A stretch of DNA of 63,899 nt, filler included. It is 6 parts of 6 records of this genome, joined end to end, with 100 filler letters (N's around TTAATTAATTAA, not from the genome) between each part and the next. Parts side by side here need not be neighbours in the genome. Positions count along the whole stretch, not along the records: positions 36,860 to 42,301 come from DRR723986_33847; positions 42,402 to 49,308 come from DRR723986_34050; positions 49,409 to 57,013 come from DRR723986_34053; 3 more parts are not named here. The stretch is one strand, 5' to 3'. Under the pieces are notes generated by a model. That model was not told where the DNA came from. It searched no databases and worked only from the letters and a program-made list of their open reading frames with translations. Shown piece after piece: positions 39,636 to 51,336 of the stretch. The number at the start of each line of letters is the position of its first letter. The stretch's first letter is position 1. The position numbers and the translations under genes were made by a program.

Positions 39636-40444
39636 TACTGCTCCTGTTCTGTTCCACGCCTGTCCACCCTGCCTGAGCTATGGCTGGCACAGCCACTGGA
39701 TACCCCCACGGTTCCGGGCAAAGAAATCACCTTGCTCTTGCGCCAGGATGCCCTGGTCCGGATCCGGGCGTATTCGCGTTTGCGGGCAAGTATACAGTAA
39801 TAGGCGCCCGTGGGCAGTAAATGAGGGCGGCTACTGGCGGCCAAACGCTGCCGTCTTCCGGATGCCCCGTGTTTTCGCTGCAGCGGAAGGGTACAGAAAT
39901 AGGTGCCACTGTTTTCCAGCTCGAACCCCAGCAACCTGAGCCAGTCTTCCATTCGTGATCGCATCAGGAACCGACCACCCCAGGGGCCAAACCGATGGCG
40001 GGAAACCAGTCTTCGTACGCCCCAGAGACTGAGGGGGTTGAACCCAACCAGAGCGATGCGCCCCTCACCTCGCAATACGCGGGCGGACTCGCGAAGCACC
40101 TGGTGCGGATCCGGGGAAAAGTCGGCCGTATGATGAAGGATCACAAGATCCATGGAATCACCGGGAAACGGCAACTCGTCTGCATCACAAACCGCCACGC
40201 CCTCCGGCATATGGGCATGCCAGGCCGGGCAGGTAATAATCTTCTGAGCAAAATCGGTACCACTCGCCAAAGGCAATCGGTGACTCAGGCCAACCTGAAG
40301 TTGTCTTGCCCCGGTAAGGCCTTGCAGCTCCTTATCAAGTACTGCTCTCTGGCTGGCCAGCAGGGAGCGGCCAAGGGGGGTCTGCACCCAACGTTCAAAA
40401 CTCTCATGTCGTGCTGAATAGTCAATCACGCCGCTGGTTGTCAC
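39635..40444 (-). CDS. Class I SAM-dependent methyltransferase (YafS-like)
   Basis: [39 protein letters not shown] 40444 has a GGGGAG RBS; conserved position between rnhA and gloB. Confidence 0.85.
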   Translation of the reverse strand: MTTSGVIDYSARHESFERWVQTPLGRSLLASQRAVLDKELQGLTGARQLQVGLSHRLPLASGTDFAQKIITCPAWHAHMPEGVAVCDADELPFPGDSMDLVILHHTADFSPDPHQVLRESARVLRGEGRIALVGFNPLSLWGVRRLVSRHRFGPWGGRFLMRSRMEDWLRLLGFELENSGTYFCTLPLQRKHGASGRRQRLAASSRPHLLPTGAYYCILARKREYARIRTRASWRKSKVISLPGTVGVSSGCASHSSGRVDRRGTEQEQ

Positions 40445-40557
40445 GCTGGCTCCCCTACCCGGTCCACTAAAGGCTTGATTGCTCGCGCAACCTGCCGCTC
40501 CTTGGGCTGTACCCGTTGTTGCATTATCATAACAGGCACATTCATTGAACACATGGG

Positions 40558-41358
40558 GTGGCCACCTTGCGCATTCATCCGGTTCCGGCATTCTCAGACA
40601 ACTATATCTGGTGCCTTACCAACCTTGAGTCCGGCAAGACCCTGATAGTCGATCCCGGCCAGGCAAAGCCGGTGCTGGATTATCTCAGTGACAGCGGTTT
40701 CTCAGCAGACACCATCCTGATCACCCATCACCACCCGGATCACACCGGCGGCGTGAAAGAGCTTCAGCAACAGTATCCGGACATCCGTATTGTTGGCCCG
40801 ACTGATTCGCCCTTCAAGGGCGCTACAAACACGGTTCATGCCGGCGATGAAGTCGTCTGGGAAGGCATCACGTTCGATGTCCTGGCAGTTCCCGGCCATA
40901 CACTGGATCATATTGCCTATTACAGCGACACCCAGGTAAATGACAAACCCGTTCTGTTCTGCGGCGACACACTGTTTGTCTGCGGCTGCGGACGACTGTT
41001 CGAAGGCACACCGGAACAGATGCACACCTCGCTCCAGACCCTGCGGGACCTTCCGGATAACACTGCAGTATACTGTGCTCATGAATACACCTTGGCAAAC
41101 CTTCGCTTTGCCCGTCACTGGCTACCCGAAGATAAGGCGTTGGCCGAGTTTGAGAACGCCTGCAAAGACCTTCGGGAACGGGGTAAGCCAACCGTGCCGA
41201 CCACGATTGGCCAGGAGAAACAGCTGAACCCATTCCTTCGGTGGGATGATGCCATGGTCATAGAGGTCGCCGAGAATTACAGCACCACACACCGCCTTGC
41301 CACCGGCTCGGATTGTGCGGTTTTTGCAGCCGTACGGCACGGCAAGGATAACTTCTGA
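40558..41358 (+). CDS. gloB: Hydroxyacylglutathione hydrolase (glyoxalase II)
   Basis: [42 protein letters not shown]. Confidence 0.97.
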   Translation: MATLRIHPVPAFSDNYIWCLTNLESGKTLIVDPGQAKPVLDYLSDSGFSADTILITHHHPDHTGGVKELQQQYPDIRIVGPTDSPFKGATNTVHAGDEVVWEGITFDVLAVPGHTLDHIAYYSDTQVNDKPVLFCGDTLFVCGCGRLFEGTPEQMHTSLQTLRDLPDNTAVYCAHEYTLANLRFARHWLPEDKALAEFENACKDLRERGKPTVPTTIGQEKQLNPFLRWDDAMVIEVAENYSTTHRLATGSDCAVFAAVRHGKDNF

Positions 41359-41527
41359 GCGTGCGGGCGGTCACTGCTTAACAATTTATCTCACAGCCGT
41401 AACATGGCTCAGCTTGACCGCCCGGAAAACGCTCCCATAGAATTTCGAGCAATTATCGAACGTAACCTGTTAAATATGCCGGCTATTTTTACAGATACCC
41501 GCCGGCTCCACCCGGAACCCTGTGTTT

Positions 41528-42301
41528 ATGCCGGTAAAACGACTGCCCTTCATCCTTCTCGCGTCAACCCTTTTCAGCGGCTGCAGTACCAGTCAGATCG
41601 CCGAAAACTGGCATACACCTTCGGCCTGGTTCGGGACCGAGGAAGAGAATCAGCAAAAAGACCCCCTGGACTCACAGCAAGTGGTTGTTGCCAAGGGCGA
41701 TGAGGACCTCAAGGCTGACGTCGCTGCCGGCAATGGAGAGGACAGTGCCAGCGGGGCACCATTAGATGACGCCATCTCCCCGGAACTTCAGGCCAAGGCC
41801 CAGCAAGCTCGGGAAAAACTGGACAATCCCGCCCGGCAATCCGACGCATCCACCAGAACAGACGATCTGTGGTCACGACTTCGCGCCGGTTTCACCATGG
41901 ATCACTCCGTCGACAATGCCAGGGTACAGGCTCAATTGGACTGGTACGTGCGCCACCCCCGTTACATCGATCGCGTGGTGGAAAGAGGCTCCCGGTACCT
42001 GCATTACATTATCAATGAAACCGAAAAACGCGGCCTGCCCAGCGAACTGGCTCTGTTGCCAGTGGTAGAAAGCGCCTTTGATCCTTTTGCCTACTCCCAC
42101 GGTCGCGCTGCCGGGCTTTGGCAGTTCATCCCGTCTACCGGCAAATACTTCGGGCTGACCCAAAGCTGGTGGCATGATGACCGACGGGACGTGATTGCGG
42201 CTACCGATGCTGCCCTGACTTACCTGGAGCGCCTGGCCAACCGGTTCGATGGCGATTACACCCTGGCCCTGGCCGCTTATAATTCCGGGGGCGGGACCGT
42301 A
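41528..42301 (+). CDS. mltD: Membrane-bound lytic murein transglycosylase D lipoprotein, 3'-truncated
   Basis: Lipobox FSGC; SLT motifs LPVVES, AAGLWQF, LAAYNSG; downstream of gloB. Confidence 0.9.
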
Positions 42302-42401
42302 NNNNNNNNNNNNNNNNNNNNNNNNNNNNNNNNNNNNNNNNNNNNTTAATTAATTAANNNNNNNNNNNNNNNNNNNNNNNNNNNNNNNNNNNNNNNNNNN
42401 N
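42302..42401. other. Artificial contig-joining spacer
   Basis: 44 N + TTAATTAATTAA + 44 N. Confidence 0.98.
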
Positions 42402-42460
42402 ATGATTATCAGGATCCCTTCGGGATTTTCGTAATTCGTTTTTTGGGAAATGCGTTTAAA

Positions 42461-42595
42461 TTAATGGCAATCACAATCAGTTGAACAGCCTTGACTTGCA
42501 GATTTTTTCTTATTAGCTTTTCGGATGAAGCGAATCATTAAATACACAACTGAAAATCCAGCCAAGCCAAATACGATATATTCTTGAGTACCCAT
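42461..42595 (-). CDS. FeoB-associated Cys-rich small membrane protein (44 aa, absent from the ORF track)
   Basis: Hand translation MGTQEYIVFGLAGFSVVYLMIRFIRKANKKKSASQGCSTDCDCH*; ATG directly follows the feoB stop. Confidence 0.8.
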   Translation of the reverse strand: MGTQEYIVFGLAGFSVVYLMIRFIRKANKKKSASQGCSTDCDCH

Positions 42596-44638
42596 TTATA
42601 CTAAAATTTGATAAGCTATAAATGCAGCAAAATAAGCTAAAGCCGTCATATATAAAAACTGGATACTCGTCCACTTTAAGGATTTGGTTTCTTTATAGGT
42701 GACTGCAACCGTGCTTAAACACTGTAAGGCAAAGGCATAAAACAGTAATAAAGAAATGCTAGTAGCTAAACCAAACACTAATTCACCATTTGGTTTTTTC
42801 TGCGTTTTTAATCTATCGCGGATGGTCATTTCTTCTTCTGAATTGATGGAATAAATAGTTGACATTGTACCAACAAATACTTCTCGCGCGGCCAAAGAAG
42901 TGATGATAGATATTCCAATTTTCCAATCGTAGCCTAGAGGTTGAATTGCGGGCTCAATACTTTTACCTATCATTCCCAAATAAGAATTTTCAAGTTCGAT
43001 TGAATTGACCATTACTTCTTGTTCTTCGACATTCAAATGAGGGTTTTCAGCTTGCACAAATTCTTCCGCAGACTTGAATTTGTCCCCTCCATTAGTTGCA
43101 AGCACAAATAAGATGATAGAAGTAGCTAAAATTATTTTACCGGCGTTCCAAACAAAAGCCTTTGAGTTGTTCCAAACTGAAATGAATACATTTTTAAAAT
43201 CTGGCATCAGATAAGTTGGCATGTCAATAATCAGGGAACTTTTAAAATCAGTTTTAAGGATCCATTTAAACACTAAGGCTGAAATCAAGGAGAGCAACAC
43301 CCCCAACAAATACATCCCCATTAAGGCCAAACCTTGGGCATTGAATATTCCGACCATAGCTTCATCTGGAATTACCAGGGCAATGATGACCACATACACA
43401 GGAATTCTTGCTGAACAAGTTAGTAAGGGCGTAATCATAATCGTTATGAGTCGCTCTTTATTGTTTTCTATGGTTCTTGCCGCCATTATAGCAGGAATGG
43501 CACAGGCTAATCCTGAAATCATAGGAACCACACTTTTACCGCTCATTCCAAAACTCTGCATGAAACGATCCATGAGATACACTATTCGTTGCATATAACC
43601 AGATTCTTCGAGAATAGAGAACAGGAAAAACAAGATCGCGATTTGCGGAACAAAGATTACGACCCCACCAATTCCGGGAATAATGCCTTGTGTTATCAAA
43701 TCTGCGAAATATCCTTCAGGCAAAATTGATGCAAATGATTCAGACAGCCATGCAAAACCAAGATCAATCCAATCCATAGGATATGATGCCAACCAAAAAA
43801 TTGATTGAAAAATCAACAACATGATCAGTCCAAAAATTACATAACCGAAGATTGGATGAACCAGCCATCTGTCAACCTTTGAAGTGAAATTCGTTGCCAA
43901 AGATTTGTCTTGACTTAATGATTGATCGATTAATTTATTCAGGAATTTATAGCGCAAAATGGATTCGTTGGTCTTCCATTTTTTTTGATCAGCACTAGAT
44001 AATCCTTCAATTTCACCTTTGGTTAATCTTAAATAAGATGCATAGTCGGCATTCTTGGCTAAACTTTGCAGTAGAGCTTTGTTATCCTCTTCAATATAAT
44101 GTGGTTCTCTTGTTGAATACGCCACATCTTTAATTATTGCATCCTTCAACTCAGCAATTCCTCTGTTCTTTTTTGCAGATATAGGAATTACTGGAATGCC
44201 AAATTCTTGTGCTATGACATCAAAATCAATAGCTATACCTTGTTTTACGGCGACATCTATCATGTTTATCGCCAAAACGATTGGAATATTTAAATCTCGA
44301 ATTTGATCAAGTAAATAAAGTGTTCGCTTTAAATTAATAGCCGAAGCCAAAACCACAATTTTCTCTGGAAGATCCTGTTTTGGTGTATTCAACAAATAAT
44401 CTACCACCAATTCTTCATCTTTAGATTTGGGGAATAAACTATTGATACCAGGCAAATCGATTAATTCAATTCGCTCATTATTGTGTTTGAAAGTGCCTTT
44501 CTTTTTGTCAACCGTGACACCCGGATAATTTCCAGTCTTTTGTCTTAATCCACAGAGCACATTGAACAGGGTTGTTTTACCAATGTTAGGATTACCTAAT
44601 AAGGCAATTTTTCTAGTTCTACCCTCTGAATTACTCAC
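42596..44638 (-). CDS. feoB: Ferrous iron transporter B
   Basis: G1 GNPNIGKT, G2 NYPGVT, G3 DLPG, G4 NMID; membrane gate motifs (CAIPAIMAAR, CSAR, AAREVFV). Confidence 0.96.
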   Translation of the reverse strand: MSNSEGRTRKIALLGNPNIGKTTLFNVLCGLRQKTGNYPGVTVDKKKGTFKHNNERIELIDLPGINSLFPKSKDEELVVDYLLNTPKQDLPEKIVVLASAINLKRTLYLLDQIRDLNIPIVLAINMIDVAVKQGIAIDFDVIAQEFGIPVIPISAKKNRGIAELKDAIIKDVAYSTREPHYIEEDNKALLQSLAKNADYASYLRLTKGEIEGLSSADQKKWKTNESILRYKFLNKLIDQSLSQDKSLATNFTSKVDRWLVHPIFGYVIFGLIMLLIFQSIFWLASYPMDWIDLGFAWLSESFASILPEGYFADLITQGIIPGIGGVVIFVPQIAILFFLFSILEESGYMQRIVYLMDRFMQSFGMSGKSVVPMISGLACAIPAIMAARTIENNKERLITIMITPLLTCSARIPVYVVIIALVIPDEAMVGIFNAQGLALMGMYLLGVLLSLISALVFKWILKTDFKSSLIIDMPTYLMPDFKNVFISVWNNSKAFVWNAGKIILATSIILFVLATNGGDKFKSAEEFVQAENPHLNVEEQEVMVNSIELENSYLGMIGKSIEPAIQPLGYDWKIGISIITSLAAREVFVGTMSTIYSINSEEEMTIRDRLKTQKKPNGELVFGLATSISLLLFYAFALQCLSTVAVTYKETKSLKWTSIQFLYMTALAYFAAFIAYQILV

Positions 44639-44853
44639 TAAAGAAGATTTACTGTTGCTGCTTCTGCTTTGCGCAAAGACAAAAATGAATTATTAACTGA
44701 AACATAAATTGGACCGTTAAAAGGTGCTTTATTTATCACGGTGATAATGGCACCAGGCAAGAATCCGAATTCAACCAATTTTAAAGAGACTTGGCTGTCT
44801 TCGATATGAGAGATTTCTCCACTTTGGTTTTTATTTAGCTCAGACAATTTCAC
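44638..44853 (-). CDS. feoA: Ferrous iron transport protein A
   Basis: L.E.GF.PG, APF.GPI, LSLRK.EA. GTG 44853 preferred because the track's TTG start lies inside the -7 promoter element. Confidence 0.9.
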   Translation of the reverse strand: MKLSELNKNQSGEISHIEDSQVSLKLVEFGFLPGAIITVINKAPFNGPIYVSVNNSFLSLRKAEAATVNLL

Positions 44854-44859
44854 GTCCGA

Positions 44860-44902
44860 CAAATATAACTAATGGACTAACTATTTAGACTAAATCTAGA
44901 CA
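44860..44902 (-). promoter_or_regulatory. feoAB promoter: -7 element plus dyad operator candidate
   Basis: TATATTTG (minus strand, 44860-44867) and imperfect palindrome TATTTAGACTAAATCTAGACA (44882-44902) over the -33 region. Confidence 0.55.
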
Positions 44903-44930
44903 AGAATACCTTTTTTAGGGTATACTTTAG

Positions 44931-44958
44931 AAAAAAAAGCGGTGGTCAAAGCCACCGC
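44931..44958 (-). terminator. Intrinsic terminator of eno
   Basis: GCGGTGG/CCACCGC stem followed by T8 on the minus strand. Confidence 0.8.
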
Positions 44959-44964
44959 GTAAAT

Positions 44965-46248
<1,284 letters not shown>

Positions 46249-46348
46249 TTATGAATTTATAATTATGAATATTAATTGCCTGCAAAACGGATGATCAATC
46301 AATCAAGTTGTACGACAAATTAACTATTGATTTTTATTTAACTTTTAT

Positions 46349-47461
46349 TTAGACTAAGCTCCCGGCTTTCACCGCCTTCATGTTTTCTACAAACTGATCA
46401 AATAAGTATCGTGAATCATGCGGTCCTGCTGATGCTTCAGGGTGATACTGAACAGAGAATACTTTTTTATCCTTCAATCTAATGCCTGCAACCGTATCGT
46501 CATTTAAGTGAATATGCGTCAACTCAACTCCAGGGTTATTTTCAATTGATGTTCTGCTGACAACAAATCCATGATTTTGAGATGTCACTTCTCCTTTACC
46601 AGTAATTAAGTTCTTAACTGGATGATTAATCCCTCTGTGCCCATTGTGCATCTTTTCGGTTCCGAGTCCTTGGGATAGAGCAAGAACCTGATGTCCTAAA
46701 CAAATTCCGAATACCGGTATATCCGTATTAACAATTCGCTTCACCAATTCTACTGTTTCTGGCATTGCAGAAGGATCTCCAGGACCATTTGATAACATAA
46801 AACCATTCGGTTCGAAGGCCATCATATCTTCAAGACTAGCGTTCATTGGAAAAACTTTCACATAGCAACCTCTATCTACAAGGCATTTCACAATGTTTCT
46901 TTTTACTCCAATATCCAACAATGAAACTCTGAAATCCGAATTTTCATCTCCAGAAGTATAAGCTTCTTTTGTTGTTACCTCAGAAGATAATTCTAGACCT
47001 TCCATTGAAGGAACTTTCGCCAATTCAGCTTTTAAGGAATCAACATCCAGATTTTCTGAAGAGATAATTGCATTCATTGCTCCTGCATTTCTAATGTGTC
47101 TAACAAGCATTCTTGTATCTATATCAGAAATACCTACACAACTATCTTTCTCCATGAAATCTTGGAGTGATCCACTTCCGTTATATCTTGAAAATCCTTT
47201 CGAGAATTTTTTAGTTACTAAACCTGAAATTTTAATTCCGTCTGATTCAACTTCGTCATCATGAACGCCATAGTTCCCTATGTGAGCGGTATTCATAACT
47301 AAAATCTGTTTGTGATAAGAAGGATCTGTGAAAACTTCCTGGTATCCTGTCATTCCTGTATTGAATGCGATTTCACCAGAAGTAGTCCCGATTTTACCAA
47401 TTGCTTTTCCTTTAAAAACTGTTCCATCTGCTAGAACGAGTACTGCAGGTTTATTCTCCAT
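46349..47461 (-). CDS. carA: Carbamoyl-phosphate synthase small subunit
   Basis: FNTGMTGYQE..TDPSY, SNGPGDP, GICLGHQ, SQNHGF, VQYHPE. Confidence 0.97.
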   Translation of the reverse strand: MENKPAVLVLADGTVFKGKAIGKIGTTSGEIAFNTGMTGYQEVFTDPSYHKQILVMNTAHIGNYGVHDDEVESDGIKISGLVTKKFSKGFSRYNGSGSLQDFMEKDSCVGISDIDTRMLVRHIRNAGAMNAIISSENLDVDSLKAELAKVPSMEGLELSSEVTTKEAYTSGDENSDFRVSLLDIGVKRNIVKCLVDRGCYVKVFPMNASLEDMMAFEPNGFMLSNGPGDPSAMPETVELVKRIVNTDIPVFGICLGHQVLALSQGLGTEKMHNGHRGINHPVKNLITGKGEVTSQNHGFVVSRTSIENNPGVELTHIHLNDDTVAGIRLKDKKVFSVQYHPEASAGPHDSRYLFDQFVENMKAVKAGSLV

Positions 47462-47603
47462 GTGGATGTTTATTCTGTTGTTAGTAACCGGACAACAAAG
47501 TTACAACTAAAACCAAGGATAAGCTATCGATTGTTGAAAAGTGTGGGAGATTTTTTAAAAGTAATTTGAATTTAACCTGGTAGACTTAATACAAACTAAT
47601 TCT

Positions 47604-48368
47604 CTAGAATGAATATCCCAATGAAAAGTTAAGAATTTTCACAAAAGGAAATCCATGTTTGAATCTAAGCGCCATTGAGTTATCCGTGTATGAGGTACTA
47701 AATTTTCTGAAGAAGAAATTAAATCCAGGTGTTTCGTTGAGGAATTCGTTCACATCTTGATCTATTTTCTCAAAATCTGCCGAAGGAGAATGACTTTCTG
47801 CATTAATAGTGAATCTATTACCTCCATATCCCAAGCCTAACCACATAATATCAAATGTGATCCCATTTCCTAAAACCCATTGATTTCCAATCCCAAGACC
47901 ACCTCCAAAGTAATTGAATTTTGCGCTAACGGTTCCATCATGATTTACAGATTGATCATTCACATCAGGAAAAACAAAGCTAATTGGCAACATTTTTCCT
48001 CCTTGGTAGCCGAAATAGGGTGCCAAATAGAATCCATTTAAGGCCTCACCACCTGGAAAATATCTCACTTGAAGTAGACTTCCGTAGGTATAAAATTTTG
48101 TATCAAAAACGTTAGTGAAAATACCGTCTTCGTTTAGTAATTCACCTGCAATTCCATCATAAAACGTTGAGTACGGAATTGCTTTTTTAGAACCGAAATT
48201 CCCTCTAAGATTTAGAGACAAATGATCCACAATTTTACGCTCGTAATTCAGTGCTACTAGTCCAGAAGTAAACAACTGCTGACCGATATTCAATTTGACT
48301 GAATTATTTTGTGTAATCCCTGGAAAGCTAAATACCATCAAGGTAATTATTCCTAACAACTTTTTCAT
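47604..48368 (-). CDS. DUF3575-like outer-membrane beta-barrel protein
   Basis: Signal peptide, N.VK.N, LNYER, GFYLAPY, G.QW, C-terminal GYSF. Confidence 0.65.
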   Translation of the reverse strand: MKKLLGIITLMVFSFPGITQNNSVKLNIGQQLFTSGLVALNYERKIVDHLSLNLRGNFGSKKAIPYSTFYDGIAGELLNEDGIFTNVFDTKFYTYGSLLQVRYFPGGEALNGFYLAPYFGYQGGKMLPISFVFPDVNDQSVNHDGTVSAKFNYFGGGLGIGNQWVLGNGITFDIMWLGLGYGGNRFTINAESHSPSADFEKIDQDVNEFLNETPGFNFFFRKFSTSYTDNSMALRFKHGFPFVKILNFSLGYSF

Positions 48369-48513
48369 ATGTCCTAAATATTTTCTAAATATAAATCAAA
48401 TGTCATTCCATAATAGATAAAAAACTACACGCTATTCAAATTGCGTCATCAGAAAGTTGTAAAAAAAAAGCCGAGTGTTTACTCGACTTTAATAAAAATA
48501 CTGAGCAGATTAA

Positions 48514-48735
48514 TTAATCTGCCAATGCACATGTTGTTTGCACACCTGCTTGAGCTGTACCTTCCTGCGCTTTACAAGTAGATTCGGCGTTTTTTGGTGT
48601 TGCCTGTATAACAGTAGTTCCTTCATAATCTACAAACTCATTTTGACCTGTGCATACACAAGTGTACTGTTTTTTACATGAGCTTAACGTTATGCCTGCT
48701 AATAGCATAAATCCAATCACTAATTTCATTTTCAT
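48514..48735 (-). CDS. Small Cys-rich lipoprotein
   Basis: Lipobox LSSC-KK, YTCVC and two further Cys; downstream hairpin with U-tract at 48461-48490. Confidence 0.75.
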   Translation of the reverse strand: MKMKLVIGFMLLAGITLSSCKKQYTCVCTGQNEFVDYEGTTVIQATPKNAESTCKAQEGTAQAGVQTTCALAD

Positions 48736-48782
48736 ATTATATATTTTGAGTTATGAGCTAACAATATAATAAGAATCGAAAT

Positions 48783-48810
48783 AAAAAAGGCCTCATTAAA
48801 TGAGGCCTTT
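48783..48810 (-). terminator. Intrinsic terminator of rplQ
   Basis: AAAGGCCTCATT-A-AATGAGGCCTTT with an extended U-tract on the minus strand. Confidence 0.8.
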
Positions 48811-48834
48811 ACTAGTTTATTTATGAAGATGATT

Positions 48835-49308
48835 TTACTCTTCTTCTTCTTTTTTAGTTTCTGCAGCAGCTTTTGGTGCCGTTTTTGCAGCTCCACTTTT
48901 ACCACCTCTTCTAGATCTTCTAGTTGTTTTCTTAGCTTCTCCAGCTCCGTAGATTTCGTTGAAATCAACTAATTCGATTAAACACATTTCAGCGTTATCA
49001 CCTTGTCTAGTTCCAGTTTTAATAATTCTTGTGTATCCACCTGGTCTATCAGCAACTTTAGGAGCGATTTCTCTGAATAACTCGGTAACTGCATATTTAT
49101 TACCTAAAGCTTTAAACACTAATCTTCTTGAGTGCGTTGAGTCAGTTTTTGATTTAGTAATCAATGGCTCAACAACTCCTCTAAGCGCTTTTGCTTTAGC
49201 AACAGTTGTAGTAATTCTTTTGTGCTCAATTAAAGAGCAAGCCATGTTAGATAACATTGCTTTTCTGTGAGAAGCTGTTCTTCCTAAGTGGTTGAATTTT
49301 TTTCCGTG
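48835..49308 (-). CDS. rplQ: 50S ribosomal protein L17, first codons lost at contig edge
   Basis: [43 protein letters not shown]; Bacteroidota-type C-terminal extension. Confidence 0.97.
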   Translation of the reverse strand, partial: HGKKFNHLGRTASHRKAMLSNMACSLIEHKRITTTVAKAKALRGVVEPLITKSKTDSTHSRRLVFKALGNKYAVTELFREIAPKVADRPGGYTRIIKTGTRQGDNAEMCLIELVDFNEIYGAGEAKKTTRRSRRGGKSGAAKTAPKAAAETKKEEEE

Positions 49309-49408
49309 NNNNNNNNNNNNNNNNNNNNNNNNNNNNNNNNNNNNNNNNNNNNTTAATTAATTAANNNNNNNNNNNNNNNNNNNNNNNNNNNNNNNNNNNN
49401 NNNNNNNN
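49309..49408. other. Artificial contig-joining spacer
   Basis: 44 N + TTAATTAATTAA + 44 N. Confidence 0.98.
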
Positions 49409-49453
49409 CCCCAACCTTGGCAAGGTTGTGCTCTACCACTGAGCTATTCCCGC
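49409..49453 (-). tRNA. tRNA-Gly(GCC), 3' part lost at contig edge
   Basis: GCGGGAATAGCTCAGTGGTAGAGCACAACC-TTGCCAA-GGTTGGGG; TATATTTG promoter element upstream (49478-49485). Confidence 0.92.
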
Positions 49454-49597
49454 TTGTTCCGTCTCAAAGACGAGGTGCAAATATAGCGCTATTTACGTGC
49501 CTGTCAAATCTTTTTTTCACAAAAAATTTACAGGTCAATAATACCGCGGTCACCGGCTGCTAATTCAGCATTTGGCGCCGCGGCATTACGAATTTTC

Positions 49598-51001
49598 CTA
49601 GAAATTAACGGCTTCGCCAACTGCATCGGCTGCGGCTTCCATAACTGCTTCGCTGAGCGTTGGATGCGCGTGCACAGTCTTGAAGACCGTTTCGACGGTA
49701 GCATCCAGCGAGCGTGCAAGCCCCATCTCGGCAATCAGCTCAGTCACATCCGGTCCAATCATGTGTGCACCGAGTAGTTCGCCGTACTCGGCTTCAAAGA
49801 TCAGTTTTACGAAACCTTTGGCTTCGCCGATACCGTGCGCCTTGCCATTCGCCGTGAACGGAAACTTCCCGATTTTGAGCTCATAGCCCTGCTCACGTGC
49901 GGCACGTTCAGTAAGACCGACGCTGGCGACCTGAGGATGGCAGTATGTGCAACCCGGGATGTTTGAGTAGTCAACACCGCTGGTCGCGTGACCGGCAATG
50001 TATTCAGCAACAACGACACCTTCAGCAGAAGCTTTGTGCGCCAACCAGGGAGCACCGGCAACATCACCAATGGCATAAACACCAGGCACATTGGTCTGGC
50101 AGAATTTGTCAATCAGGATGTTGGAACGCTCAACATTAACGCCGACCTCTTCGAGGCCAAGGTTTTCTACGTTTCCAACCACACCAACGGCATTGAGTGC
50201 ATAATCAGCCTGGATGGTTTCAGTGCTGCCATCTTTTTTCTCAACGACGACCTCAACACCTTCACCGACTGTTTTGGCAGAAAGTACTTTCGCTTGCGTC
50301 AGTGCTTTAATACCGGCCTTTTTGAATTGGCGCGCCAGTTCTTTGGAGACGTCCGTATCTTCAACAGGCAGAAGGTGCGGCATCATCTCAACCATCGTCA
50401 CTTTTGTGCCGAAAGCGTTGTAGAAGTAGGCAAACTCAGCGCCAATGGCACCTGCACCAATTACAACCATCGACTTTGGCGCTTCCGGCAGAATCATAGC
50501 TTCCGTACTTGTAATCACACGCTGATAGTCAACGTCGATTCCCGGAATCATGCGCGGGCGCGCACCAGTAGCTACAATGACGTTTTTGGTGTTGATGACA
50601 CCTGTGACGTTGCCGTCGTTGTCACGAATTTCAACTTCTGTAGCTGAGCGTAGTGAACCGTGGCCACCGACGTGCTCAACTTTATATTTTTTGAACAGGA
50701 AGTTGATCCCATTGGACATTTTGTCCGCCACGCCGCGGCTGCGTCCAACGATCTTACTGAAATCAACGCTGACTTCACCGACGTTGAAACCCCAATCGGA
50801 GGCGTGGTTCAAAAATTCCATGTATTCGGCGTTCTTGAGCAGGGCCTTGGTAGGAATACATCCCCAGTTCAGGCAGATTCCGCCTAATCGGTCACGCTCG
50901 ACGCAAATTGTTTTCAGTCCGAGTTGGGAAGCGCGAATAGCGGCTACATATCCGCCCGGGCCCCCTCCAATCACTACCACATCGCTCTCGTAGGTCTGCA
51001 T
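49598..51001 (-). CDS. lpdA: Dihydrolipoamide dehydrogenase (E3)
   Basis: IGGGPGG, GGICLNWGCIP redox disulfide, GAGAIG, C-terminal HPTLSE. Confidence 0.97.
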   Translation of the reverse strand: MQTYESDVVVIGGGPGGYVAAIRASQLGLKTICVERDRLGGICLNWGCIPTKALLKNAEYMEFLNHASDWGFNVGEVSVDFSKIVGRSRGVADKMSNGINFLFKKYKVEHVGGHGSLRSATEVEIRDNDGNVTGVINTKNVIVATGARPRMIPGIDVDYQRVITSTEAMILPEAPKSMVVIGAGAIGAEFAYFYNAFGTKVTMVEMMPHLLPVEDTDVSKELARQFKKAGIKALTQAKVLSAKTVGEGVEVVVEKKDGSTETIQADYALNAVGVVGNVENLGLEEVGVNVERSNILIDKFCQTNVPGVYAIGDVAGAPWLAHKASAEGVVVAEYIAGHATSGVDYSNIPGCTYCHPQVASVGLTERAAREQGYELKIGKFPFTANGKAHGIGEAKGFVKLIFEAEYGELLGAHMIGPDVTELIAEMGLARSLDATVETVFKTVHAHPTLSEAVMEAAADAVGEAVNF

Positions 51002-51185
51002 ACGGAGATCCTGCCTCGATAATCGGGATTCGATAGAATAAAGATGACTTACCTGAAAAGCCTGCCGTAAAACATCGGCATAAGATCACAAATATACGGA
51101 TTATCCGGTTCACGACGCCCAAACACCGCCTTGTATGCAGCCGATTGAACTTTTTTACATTTTTTTTCATCTCTTATGTGACCGA

Positions 51186-51336
51186 ATGCAGGTGAGCCGG
51201 ATTAGTCTACCATCGTCCGGCAAAAGGGGCGGCTGCCATTGAGGGGATGGCATCCGCGCGGTTGCAAAACTGCATAATCCGGCCGGAGCATCCCTTTTGA
51301 TTCTGGACGGTGAAATTGGTACTCGTATAGTCCGCT
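51186..51336 (+). ncRNA. Candidate structured non-coding RNA (family not recognised)
   Basis: Long-range complementarity 51198-51228 with 51292-51334, an internal hairpin, and a terminator directly after; no credible ORF. Confidence 0.4.

Noticed and set aside
40445-40591. N-terminal extension of the methyltransferase in the ORF track
   Set aside because: It overlaps the gloB start and the divergent promoter; GTG 40444 has a good RBS.
36860-42301. Horizontal transfer of a gammaproteobacterial island into a Bacteroidota genome
   Set aside because: The segment is bounded by assembly spacers and holds only housekeeping genes; it is a separate organism's contig.
51190-51232. Cobalamin riboswitch (GGTG-stem-AAAAGGG)
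   Set aside because: It lacks AGGGAA and the B12-box elements (CCCGCAACTGT, GCCACTG); kept only as an unassigned RNA candidate.
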